NCBI GenBank assembly: GCA_951406725.2
Contig: OX597827.1
Span: 79,484,001 to 79,548,000, forward strand
Direction of reading: 5' to 3'
Source: Octopus vulgaris
Lineage: Eukaryota
Length of the DNA stretch: 64,000 nt
The translations under genes were made by a program, and so were the position numbers. The number at the start of each line of letters is the position of its first letter. Position 1 is the first letter of the stretch. Shown piece by piece: positions 52,194 through 64,000 of this stretch. The notes beneath the pieces were generated by a model. It ran no database searches, was not told where the DNA came from, and worked only from the letters and a program-made list of their open reading frames with translations.

Positions 52194-54606
52194 CTGTGGA
52201 ACTGGTGGAAGCTTTCTGGGTGTTGTTGAGTAGTTCCATTCATTGGTCAACTGGTCTATTTCTGGATAGTATGAACATTTAGGGTTTATTGACTGAAGAT
52301 TTCTGCTAAATATCTCTTCTGCATTTCTCGTTATTGCAACAGGATTGTTTGTCTGATACAGAATTTGTCTCATTTCAGTCCTCGATAGAAATTTTGGATT
52401 ATCTTTTTCTCCAGATGAATTATTGAAGTGATTAATACATTTGAAAACACATAGTTATTGACACTACAACAGCCACAGATAGTATTACAGCTGCTGCTAC
52501 AATGATAATTATCCAAGTCATATTCAGGTTGTTATCAGACTGTGAGTGGATAGCAGTCAACATTGGAGATGTATCGTTACTAACAAACAGTGTTAGTATG
52601 ATAGCAGTTGTTGCTGATTGAACTGGAGTACCACCGTCTTTCACTATAAACTGCAGCTCATATGTTCCTGCATCATTTTGGTAAACTGTGCGAGAGAAAG
52701 ATAACACACCAGTGTGTGAGTTCACTGTAAACAGGTTTTTATCATTGGATCTCAGTATTCCATATGTGAGGAAAGCATTGTTTCCAGTGTCTTTGTCAGA
52801 TGCTTTCAGAATTGTGATGTCCTTCTTACTGTGTGGATGGTAGTGGACATCGAGATTGTAAGGGTCATTATTAGGAAAGATAAAATACGGAGCATTGTCA
52901 TTTTTATCCAGAATCTCTATAAGAATATTGGCAGTATTATTCAGAGAAGGTGTTCCATTGTCTTTGACTAATACCTGTAAATTATAGATGTCTTTCACTT
53001 CTCGATCTATTGGTTGTGATGTAGAAATGAATCCATATTTTGTCAGTTGGAAAGGAATGTTATCATTGTTGTTATCATTGATGATAGAATATGTAAGTTG
53101 GCCTCCATCTCCAAGATCAGGGTCTGTAGCATTGATGAAGCCAATAGGGAAGTTAACTTTCTGGTTTTCATAGGTGAGGAATTGGAATGTCTCTTTGGTA
53201 AAATGTGGTTCTACATCATTGACATCAGTTACTTTGACAGAGAACTGTTTCTTAGTCTTTAATGGAGGTGATCCCATGTCATGACATACAATAGAAACAA
53301 CATAATGGTCTATAGTTTCTCTGTCAAGAGGTTCTTTCACCAATATTTTATATTCTTTAGAACCCATATTAGAAAGCTGGAACATTTTATGGTGAATATT
53401 ACATTTAATTTGTCCATTAGGCCCATTATCAGTGTCAATGACCATAACGTAAGCTATAAAACTCCCAATTTTACTTCCTTCTGAAATAGCAGTAGAAGTC
53501 TTTGTTAAAGGTGATATAAAATCTATATTTATTGCTGGAGCATTATTTTGATTGTTAATTACATTTACAATCAACGTTGACATGGAGCTTAATGAAGGAT
53601 TTCCACCATCCCTAGCTTCAACGTATAACTGGTATTTACTTTCCTTATTTCTAAAGAAATTATCATTGATGAAGATTTCTCCAGATTTATGATTTAATTT
53701 GAAATACTTTTTATCATATTCATTTGTATTTCTATGTAAAAAATAATTAATATTTCCATTTTGACCAGAATCTAAATCTGTTGCTGATAAAACAAAAACA
53801 GGAGAAGATATATGATGTGTGTCACTGATGGTGGTATTATATAATTTTTGTGTAAACGTAGGTCTGTTATCATTGACATCAATAACAGATATTTCAATGT
53901 CCAGAATACCTTCTTTTGGTGGAGAACCCCCATCTCTAGCGATCAACTGTAACATATATGTGTCTTTTAATTCTCTATCTAACATCCCTTCTAGAATTAT
54001 TTTAAGTAAATTTATTCCATCAGATTCTTTAAATATGGAGAGCGAGAATTTTTTGCTTTTATCTTTGAGTTTATATATTATCTTAGAATTTGGAAGACTA
54101 ATGTCTTTATCAACAGCATTTGGTATTGATTTTGTTGATCCTTTCACATCTGTTTCATAGAATTTGATTTTTATTTTGTTTGATGGGAACTCTGGTTGAT
54201 GATCATTAATATCTTCTATAATTATTTTAATGTTTAATATCTTTAGAAATGTTTCCTCTTTCCTTACTGCTACTTTAACAGTTCTAGAGCATTCTTTCTT
54301 GTAAACACAAAGTTTTTCAGCATCCAATGTTTGAGTAGTGTATAGTTTTCCTAAGCTTGTGACATTAAATAAGTGAGAACCACTTGATACTGTTCTCTGT
54401 AGTTGTGTAAATGTAATGAGTGTGAGCTGTTGATGTGTAAGAGGATTTGATAGGTTAGAGTTAGCTGCAATATCTCCAATGTATGTGTGTGGACTGTCTT
54501 CTTCATTGACATGGTAAATGTAGTCTATCGACATGACAGAATACATTAGTCCATAGAAAAGGTAAAACTGCAAAGTATTGCTTGTCATCTCATTATTGTA
54601 ATTCAT
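52194..54606 (-). pseudogene. Pcdh: Protocadherin E, large exon with a 2-bp deletion after the TM (truncated 724-aa product or pseudogene)
   Basis: ORF 52432..54606 ends ITMCFQMY* versus ITMCVFKCINH in paralogs (ATGTGTTTTC vs ATGTGTGTTTTC). The rest of the exon continues in ORF 52074..52373 to the donor CAG|GTACCT at 52194/52193. Length 2413 = 2415 (gene D) - 2. Confidence 0.85.
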
Positions 54607-55734
54607 TATTATTCATGGATATACCTCAAAATCTAAAAAGAATATAAAAGGCATTACTTGAATCAAACAGTCATTATACACAAATATTAATATGGAGAAA
54701 ATATGTATACTAAAATCAAGTGTACAACATTTATCATGTAATATAATCAATAATATTTAGAAATGTTTGTAACATTATGAAATAATGAAGTAAAATTTTG
54801 ATAGTCTCATATGTGCCTGTGGCCAGTTTTCTGAATGAAGCAAAATCCATACTTGGTACAACATAGAAGTATATTCCATAATTATAAAAAAAATTTAAAT
54901 CATAGTAAATAAAATTATCTCTTCACATATATGAAGTGATTAGAATGAGAATGCATTGCCTCTATATCCAAAATTAGACATGATAAGAGATTTTAACACA
55001 TAAACTGTGCTATTTGCTTTTATGAAGTTTTTATGAAAGTTTTCTCATTATGAACTTATTCCTAAGATTGAAATTACTGAATTACAGATTATAAATAATG
55101 TAAAAGAAACACATTATTTTTCAAACACTATCATTGCATCTATTTATCATACTTAGCTGTTAAATGGAATTTGATGTTAGGTCACTTGTGGGTGCATCTG
55201 GCAATATCTAACCCAGTCCACCTTGTTTCATAATTAGGTTGTTGGCTACAAAGCTGTTAATTCCACCAAACTTGCATGGTGTGAAGGGTGATTTTGGATA
55301 AGCTGCAGGATGAATAACAAAACTTATCAAAGAGCAGGTAAACTTAGATAAGTCATTAGCCATCCAATAAAACATATATATGCAGGTTATATATGTGTAT
55401 GTTAGTGGAATGTTCATATTTCATTCAAATGAAGCATGGAAGAAATAAGTAATCTTCATCTCCCCAGCATTAAAGTTGGCAGCAGCAGGCTAATGGGGCA
55501 ACTTTGAGGTGGAAACATAAAGTCATACAGGATTAAAAGCTATGATGCAGAGTAAATATTGAAAAAAGTTTTATGACCTGGATATGCACAAAGTTTGATA
55601 ACTTTTTCTCACCTAAATATTTTGTGTTGATATTCAAAGTGAAATAATCTATGTAGTCACTTGGTCTCTTGAATGTTCTGTCAAGTCTCTTAACAATATA
55701 ACTAATAATATTAATAGTAATAATAATGATAATG

Positions 55735-57605
55735 AAATTATTGTGTATAGTGTTCAGGTGAATTACAAGGTGTATGTACAGTACATAGAATTATATACAA
55801 AAATCAGAGAAGTGAACAGTGTAAGAGTCATGATGTACATTTGTGCATACGTATGGAGTGGTGGGGATATCAGGTGTAGCATTGGCATGGTTCAGGAAGT
55901 ATGGAGTTCTTAAAGGATGCAATGTCTTGGCAGCTAACAGTTGATGCAGGTAATTTGTTCCATGCTTCAGAAACTCTGAGTTTGAAAAAATGTTTCCAAA
56001 AGTCATGGGAGCTGTGCTGTTTTCTGACTTTGTACACACACCAATTTGTGTTAGATACATAGAGCTCAAAAAGGTGCTCAAGGTGGTTGTTGGCATGATG
56101 GGTAATAATATTGTGGGAGTGTACTAGGTCAGTTGCCAGACATCGGAGCTTTAATGTATCTATGCCCAGGGAAGCAAGGAATTCAGAGTATGGTCAATGT
56201 CTGATGGAAGGCAATTGCTTGGTAGCACATCTCTGAACATTTTCCAGGAGGTCAATGTTCTGACGAAGATAGGGGTTCCAGACTAGTGATGCAAATTCCA
56301 AGTGTGGCCACACCATAGCCATATACAGTCTTAAACAGATAGCTGGAGAGCAGCTGACAAACGTCTTGCTGAGTGATGCCAAGACACCCTCAGCCTTCTT
56401 GTCAATTTTAGAGATGTGCTTCGCCCAGTGCAAAATGCTGCTGACTAATGCCCAGGTCACATTCACAAGAAGACTTCTTGATATTAGTGTTGTAGAGAAA
56501 GTATGTGGACGTTGGGTTTTTTCCTCCAAAAATGCATGGTGGAACACTTTTCCACAGCCAGTTTGAGTTGCTAGTCCATGATCCATTGTTGCGTTGTGTC
56601 AGGTCTGATTGCATGAAAGATCTATAGTGCCCAGGACCTGTCCTTTTTATCTCAAGGTACAGCCTGATGTCATCTGCATATTTCAGCATGGTGGCATTCT
56701 TTAAGTTGCCTTTAATATGTCAATAACGTATGTAACAAACAAAAGGGGACCAAGAACAGATCTCTGCAGTACACTAGATGTCACGTTATAGGGGGAAGAA
56801 TGCTGCCCTAGAACTGTGACTACCTCTTTTCAGCTGAGGATGAAGGAGTCCAACCAGTTAAAAAGATCATCTTTCACACCAATTGCAGAGAGTTTTGCCA
56901 TAAGTCTTTTGTGTGGCACAGAATTAAAAGCTTTAGCAATGTCATTGTAAACAATATCCACCCATGTGCCACCATTAGGGATCTGGGTGATATCTTTAAA
57001 AAAAATGATAAATTGATCACAGCAGCTGGAGTTAGGGATAAATCCAAATTGCGTGGGCTGGATAAGGCTGTGAGAATTCCAGAAGTTCCAGAGTGCTTCT
57101 CTAACATAGGATTCCATCAGTTTGGCAATGCAGTTAGCAAGACTGACTGGATGATAGTTGACAGGTGACGTTCTGTCACCCTTTTTGAACAGAGGAATGA
57201 TACTGCTCCGGAGTAGCACCATTGTTAAGACATAACTGAAAGAAGAGTGAAAGCTGGTGCAGAAGAAAGTACCCACTACGTTTGAGAAGCAGGTACATAA
57301 CACCATGAAGACCAGGAGAGGCATAGTTGCGCTTATTCTTAAGGTGACGTTGCAGTATTGCAGGTGCAAATTCCATAATTGTTATGGAATTTTATATCAG
57401 AGGTGGTGGAGATGGTACGTTTTGGTTTTCGACAATACAAATACCTGCATAGCATTCAGCAATGAGTTCTATGCATTCTTTGGGATCGTCAGTAATCTGG
57501 CTTGTTTGGAGATTGCGAAGAGGACCAACTGGAGAGTGAGGTCTCTGCTTTGAACGCACATATTTCCAGAACACCTTACTTCAGGATTGGTTGCTATACA
57601 CTTCT
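55735..57605 (-). mobile_element. CR1-clade LINE remnant (duplicate of 41750-43630)
   Basis: Same RT motifs (DIAKAFNSVPHKRL, YADD) at the same position in the duplicated unit. Confidence 0.9.
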
Positions 57606-60167
57606 TAAATTCTAAATTTCAAGGCAGAGGAAATTGTATGAAGAGGAAACCTGAAACAACTTCAATTGATTCCAACTTAGTGCTCAGTTTTCGTTTTTTT
57701 CTCTAAGAATGTCACCTGTGTCTGTATTCAGATTAAAGCTATGCAAAATGTTTTTTTCATTGTCTTATATTAATCATCAACTTACTTTATTTCCCTTTTA
57801 TTATATTGTTCATTTGACAGAAATCATGAAGAAAAACAACTTTGAACCACTCACCCCGTGAGAAGATACCCTGTTGGGTTGGCTATTAATCTTTTTAAAA
57901 TAAATTTCGCAGTCTTTGTGGTTTAAGTTAATCAGAAAAAAAAAAAATTAAATATTACTTTCTAATGACAGTTAATATATTTTCACTAAAGCTTTTAAGA
58001 TAACAGAGTTGTTCCCCCTTTCAATCTTGTTATGTTTTATCTTGTTAGTCTGTCGATGCATGGAAGAAATATGTATCTCCAATTGCACATTTTATTGAAA
58101 TATTTCACTGACTTCTAATCGATGTGGCCCTGCATTATTCACTTATAATCTGATTGTTTAAGTAGTATTATATTGGCAACTGACTGATTTCTGTTGACAA
58201 AGATTTGCCTTCCAGGAGGACAGTAATTCCAAATAAAATATGATTCAAAATAGAGGAGAAATTTAGCCTTTAACATTGGCTAACCATTCTAGTTCTGGTG
58301 ATACAGTCAACACATCCGGTTCACACCGTAAGACTTACATAAAACTGGAAATTTTTTTTTGTTACTGTGTGTGATAGATTACAAGTGAGAGATGAATAAT
58401 GAGATTTCTTCAATCCATGCCCACATGGAAAAATAGATGTAAAATTACAAAAATGATGAGGAATGATAATTTTAATCCTTATTAAAATTCTGGTGTTAAA
58501 TGATAAATTAATTTTCCATTTAATATGTACTTTTGAGATCATATGAAATATAAATCTATGTCTCTAGTTTTATGATTGTTATTTTCGACTAGTTCTGATC
58601 AGCTTTGCTTGAGAAGACACTCAACAAAAGTGTAGTCAATAAACTAAATGAAGACTGCAGATTTAGATGCCCATACATACTAAACTGCCGTCTGTTGTGA
58701 TATCATACTATGTTATGTAGACTGTTTGAAATAAAAGTGGATTTCAGAGTATGTTTGAATTTTTGTACAGTTGTTGGCAATATGAAGCATGTACAAAAGT
58801 AAAATCTACATAACAAGTAAATTTTTCATTTTGTGGAAGAGTTGAGTTTGCTACCAGAAATGGCATAGACCTTGATGGCTGTCTTAAATAGCTGGAAAAA
58901 TAATCTTATTTCTTTTACTTATATTTGACTGAAAATTTGTGGTGTGTCTGTTTATGGTGTTTTAGTTATGATTGTGATCGTTTTTCTATGTGAGTTGAAA
59001 ACATTACTCAGAAGATTCTAATATTAGTAGAATTATTTACACAAACAAGAAAAATGGTGTTCAGATGTTTAACAATAGGTAGCCTCATGTTTCCTGATCA
59101 AACTCTTCCAATCTTGATAAAGTAGCAATAATAGAATAGAAATAATTTGTAATTAGGGATAATTTTGAGGTCATTTATACATATTATATATATATATATA
59201 TATATAAAGAATTGTTAGTTATATTTGCTTATCATCATTATTTATTAAAAATGGGATAAAAAATAACTTGCATTTACTGCAAATGACGATTTTTACTTCG
59301 TTACACTTGAAAATATAGAATTTTGAATTTGCTTATGTAAGTGGCCAAAATTAAACTGACTAAAAATATAATAAATTAAAATATCAAGTGAATGCTTGTC
59401 TTTGTACAATGAAGTGCAATGATTCACTGAGTGTATGAACATATATTTTCATTTATATATATAGTTATTTTAATTATATATATTTACAGTGATACAGATG
59501 TTTATATAATTGATTCTGTTTTCTTGATAAGGATAAATTTTAAAGATATCAAAATAAGTTTAGAAAATATGTATTTTGTAATTAAGAATAAAAGAAATAA
59601 CTGAATAATATTTTTAGTTTTAAACATGAATGTCTTCCTTGAGGTTATTTGTAAAATTAATAAAAACTTGCAATAAGGAATCAAAACACAGACTCTGAAT
59701 TTGTTGACAGAGAAACTAAATTCTAAAATGAAATTATATTCTTTGAGACTAGCAGTCCATGCATATTTTGTTATGCATTTGATTCAATATTCTATTTAAA
59801 TAGAAAGAAATAAGACATTCTCAAAGGTTAATAAATATTGCCTATTTAAACTGATTTATAGAAATATTTGAATTAATAATTTTAATGAAATATAGTAATA
59901 TGTATGAAAAATATGAAGTAAAATACAGTTAACTGACAGTCTAGTATTTACATAATGATTGCTGTTAAATATATCTACTTTCACATAGTAACTATCCTAC
60001 TTCAATAGCAATAGCTTTTGGTAATGGCTACATAATTCCATGGCTTCCTATTTCCTTGCTTGAATATATTATCATTATTAAATATATTAGTATCCATTTC
60101 TCATGCTTCAATATCCTAAAATATGAACAGAATATCAAATGAGAAATTGCAATGTAATATGACTTAC

Positions 60168-60292
60168 CTACATTGTTTAATCCATTGTGCTTCCAATAGA
60201 AGACATTATTGCATAGTGTTTCAGTGTCACTGCTGCTGTAGTAGTTTGACAAGGGCAGTATGTTGATGGTGTAGATTTGTGAGTCATACAGA
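60168..60292 (-). promoter_or_regulatory. Conserved promoter / non-coding first exon of gene E
   Basis: TGACTCA at 60280-60286; ends GGATTAAACAATGTAG|GTAAGT; duplicate of 46201-46325. Confidence 0.7.
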
Positions 60293-61420
60293 GAGCCAAC
60301 TATACTCTAAAGACATTTTTTAATCTGAGCATATAGGATTCACTTAAATTATTTTACACAATGATTAAAATATTGAATAATGAATTTTGCTAAAGTATTT
60401 TCAGTTTATTTCAAACTGCATTAATATGTGTGCATGTATACACACACACACACACTTATGCACGTAACTATATGTCAAAAGGCATACAATAGATATGGAT
60501 CAGCTTAGAGTTCAGCAGACTGAATTCCTAAAATCCAACATCCTAATTGTGTTGCTACATATTCCACTGTTAGAAGGAATGGATAGCAACACAATTATAA
60601 CTTAAATTGATATATTCCATAGTTATTTGTTAACATCAGTTTAGTACATATCTATGTATGCATAATGACTATCACTACATCTGTTTGTTACTGAATCCTT
60701 GATACGGGAGTAAAAGACTACATTGAGTTATTTTCTTTCTTCTCAGTTGTAATTTTGCTTATGAAATCTCTGGAAAGCAACTAATTTATAGAGGAGTACT
60801 ATTGACTAACTTCTTGTGTTTGACTTAATTATATTTTATATGCATATTTCTGTAAACTATTTATAAATTTTTTGATGCAATAAATCTCTCATTTTATCTG
60901 TGTGTTGTATGCACACACGCACACACACATGCACATAACTAATGAATTATCTCTTGTATGCAGATGCTTATAACACTGATGTGCATATTTATGCACTGTG
61001 TACTGCAGTATGTAAAATATTAATTTCTAAGTCCAGTAACAATTTCATTATACATACTACAGTGGATTAGTCCTCTATGAAATACCTATCTAGATTACAT
61101 GAAAAATAACATATCTGTTATTAATAAACAACTAATGAGGATTTAATATGTTATAAAGTTATCTTTGAAGATTTTGACCAAGTGCATGATCAAAATTTAT
61201 CAATTATGTGTCAACATTTCTAATTTACATATTTACATATTTACATATTTTTTTATATATAAACTTGGATTAATTAGTTCTTGCTATGTATTTGCTGATT
61301 AGATTAATTTTATTTTAGAAGAGTCTCTTAATTATATTCCATTTCTGGAGTCAAATTGCGAGAGAAATTTAGTTATCCCTAGTACTAAGAATTTGAGTCA
61401 TGTTAGTCCTGTGATTATTA

Positions 61421-61509
61421 TTATTTCTTATATATTGGTTCAAGATAAGTGTCTTGTTCTTGTCCACTCTTTGGCATTGGAGGTATGTTTGGTGTATAAT
61501 TACTATATT
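61421..61509 (-). CDS. Pcdh: Protocadherin F terminal exon
   Basis: 89 bp, apparently identical to 47590-47678, ends TYLEPIYKK*. Confidence 0.85.
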
Positions 61510-61844
61510 CTGAAAGAGAGAAAAATACAAAATAGTATAACTAATATCTGAGAATTGAATTTTGTGTCAATGAGAAGAAAAAAAATGAAAGAAAAATGTA
61601 ATCAAATACTTGGTTCTAAAATAGTCTTGTATTGATATTAAATTAGCTTATCTATTTTCAGAATTTTGTATCTTGGATCTGCTCATGTTACAGCACTTTC
61701 TTTTATTTAGTTTACTTTTCAAGTACTTCCTATAAACTTTGTATATTGCAATAAAAATTATTCAATGTTATGAATATGATACAACTGCACACATGCACAT
61801 AGACAAAGTCAGTATCCAATGTCTGTTGATATTTGACAAGTTAC

Positions 61845-61992
61845 CTGCTGGTTGATGCTTAATATCTCCTTCATTCCAACCACAGTTGTGATCTCTTTGA
61901 GATGGCAATGTATCACTTAGGTTGTTTGATGTCAAAGTGCTACTGTTGTCACCTTGCTCATAAGACCCATCTGCAACCTGTTTATTATAGAT
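61845..61992 (-). CDS. Pcdh: Protocadherin F cytoplasmic exon (large exon lies beyond the window)
   Basis: 148 bp, apparently identical to 48018-48165, splice sites intact. Confidence 0.85.
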
Positions 61993-62613
61993 CTGTCAAT
62001 GAAAGAACAAGGACCCAGTCATATATTTAAGATATTAGATTACACAGTATTACATTTTTATTAAGTACATTTTAAATTATATTAAAGAATCAATTGAAGA
62101 AATATTGCTCAAACAAGTAGGAAATTTTAATAGATAATACATAGAAATACATAATTTTGCCTATTTAAATTTTGATAATGAATAAATTTAGATAATTAAG
62201 GTAACTGAACTCTCTGATTTTTTTAATTGAAGAGCTGACCAACTAGATAAGTTTTGTGCGGGACGCATTGTCATGAATTCTAAAAAGTAATTCTGAAATA
62301 AACACATATTTATGAAGGGTGGCATTCCTCAGAATATGGTAATAACCTGCATTATATTGAATTTATAAACTGCTATGATGAAAGTTATATTTCAGTGATT
62401 TTGTACTGTATTTCAAGGTTGATTAAATTTGATAAGAAAAATGACTTGTTAAAATTTATAGACCCAGTGATTCAGATGTAACATGTTAATGTTTAATTGA
62501 AGATAGCACCATGCAATACGATGTGTCCTGGTATATAATATGAGCTGAAGTCTAGAAATTTGATATGGACATAAAGTATTTTAATTGAACATTCTGATTT
62601 AATGAGGTTTCTA

Positions 62614-62842
62614 GACCTTTACCTTTTGACCTACAGATTTAAAAAATAATTTTTTGTAACTAAACACTTTCAAACTTCGTATACTGGTAGAATGTGTCAT
62701 ATAAAACAACTTTTACTCTTCTCTTTTTTTCAGAAAAGTTTATGTTTACAAAGTTATTTTGTGTTGAATTTCTCGTATTTCAGTAATTTCAACCAATCAA
62801 TGACATGTATTCAGCTGAATAAAATTACTGCCATTGTTTGAT
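62614..62842 (+). mobile_element. Single-arm MITE remnant (duplicate of 48787-49012)
   Basis: Same sequence within the tandem duplication. Confidence 0.85.
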
Positions 62843-64000
62843 AGTGGTGGTGATATTGGTTGAATTAATCTTGGTATTGGTAGTGATGATAATGGTGGAT
62901 ATTGTTAACTGTAGCAGTGGTCATATTTTTCTTGTTAATTGTTTTGTTGTTGCTTTTTACTCTCAAGTCAATTATCATTGACAAAAGATAAAAGACATTG
63001 CATTCAGCTTTTAAAATATACTACAGCACCACATTATTTCATGTGATTGTCTTTTATTTTAGAAAGGTGTTGCTCTCCATCAGAAATGAGAAAGGGAAAA
63101 GTCCAAAGAAAGAGAAGAAGAAATCACTGATGGACCATGTGTAGTTACAAACACACACACACACACACATTCATATATATCTGTATGCAGATAGATATAG
63201 ATAGTCATTGAAGCCCAAGAAAATGTATTCCCATCCCCAAGACTAATCACAGTGAAAACTTCCACCTTACACTCTGTGTTTATAGTGAGACCTACACATG
63301 CCTACACATGTATGTACTGTGATTAAAGATTTTGAAATTGATAACTATCCTTTGATCTTAGCTAAAATACCAATAAGTTACCTTTTGTTAAAAAAGAAAG
63401 TTTAATTTCTAAATTCTCAAAATTTATCTGAGTTTCTGTAAGAGCAAAATACTTGACTGTATCCTGGTCATACTTTATATTTTCATAAATATGAATTATT
63501 ATTTTATATGTGAAAAGAACTTAAGGCAAATGATTTTAATATAATCTGTTATTATGTTCATTAGGGGAAAATGGTTTGTGAAAGAGCAATGTATAAATTA
63601 GGATGAGAATTGGTTAACAGAGAAAGACCAGTTATAGAGATGATAGTCAGTTGATTAGACTTATGACCAAATGGCAGAAAGCAATTGAGGAACACATCTG
63701 AAATTAATAGGAGACAAGGCATATTACTTTTCAAACAAATTTAATGAAATTAATGAAAAAATTTAAAATATTTTCATAAAAAAATAAATTGTTGAGGAGA
63801 AAATGGTGGTTTCCAAAATAAAAATGGTAAAATATTTTGCATGATAAAAACAATACAAAAGATTGTCTGTTGATAAGCACTGGAAAAATTGTAGGGCTTT
63901 CTAGGAAAGGTGGGTTGTGGTAAGGAATAATCAACAGAGAAAGAAGTTTATCTGCCTCACTTTATCAACTAGAATATTTTACATATCTGGTGGGTGGACA

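Larger units (their letters stand above)
39470..64000. repeat. Tandem segmental duplication, unit ~14 kb (~39.5-50.2 kb matches ~53.45-64.0 kb)
   Basis: Colinear near-identity including introns and transposons; offset 13983 at the ATGs (40623/54606), 13967 at the leader exons and 13827 at the tail exons; ~150-bp indel (47137-47286 absent near 61111). Confidence 0.95.

Noticed and set aside
5526-54160. Recurrent plus-strand 60-120 aa ORFs inside each large exon (e.g. MSFTSRSIGCDVE..., MERNVIIVVII...)
   Set aside because: Antisense shadows of the protocadherin frame; they recur only because the underlying DNA is homogenised
1688-61992. Vertebrate-style shared constant exons for the cluster
   Set aside because: Each gene has its own diverged tail exons directly downstream of its large exon

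Overview
AT-rich, repeat-rich animal DNA containing a head-to-tail cluster of protocadherin genes on the minus strand. The six-EC large exons, the non-canonical EC3/EC4 linker and the SINE families point to a coleoid cephalopod, probably Octopus (inference). I label the genes A-F from left to right: five large ectodomain+TM exons (A-E) plus the tail exons of a sixth gene F, whose large exon lies beyond 64000. Splice sites read by hand give each gene its own layout: a short non-coding leader/promoter module with an invariant TGACTCA and a GTAAG donor, a ~2.4 kb exon, a 148/160 bp exon (GWSEGD) and an 80/89 bp terminal exon (TYLEP[V/I]). There is no shared constant exon. EC1-EC3 are divergent while EC4-TM is nearly identical between paralogs. 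A ~14 kb tandem duplication with its junction inside the large exon makes gene E a D-head/F-tail chimera, and E has a 2-bp deletion just after the TM. The introns hold CR1- and RTE-type LINE, mariner, Helitron, MITE and SINE remnants. They also hold a small non-coding element that combines a tRNA-like head with Penelope-type minimal hammerhead ribozyme motifs in inverted arms. All exon and motif calls are by eye and lack transcript support.
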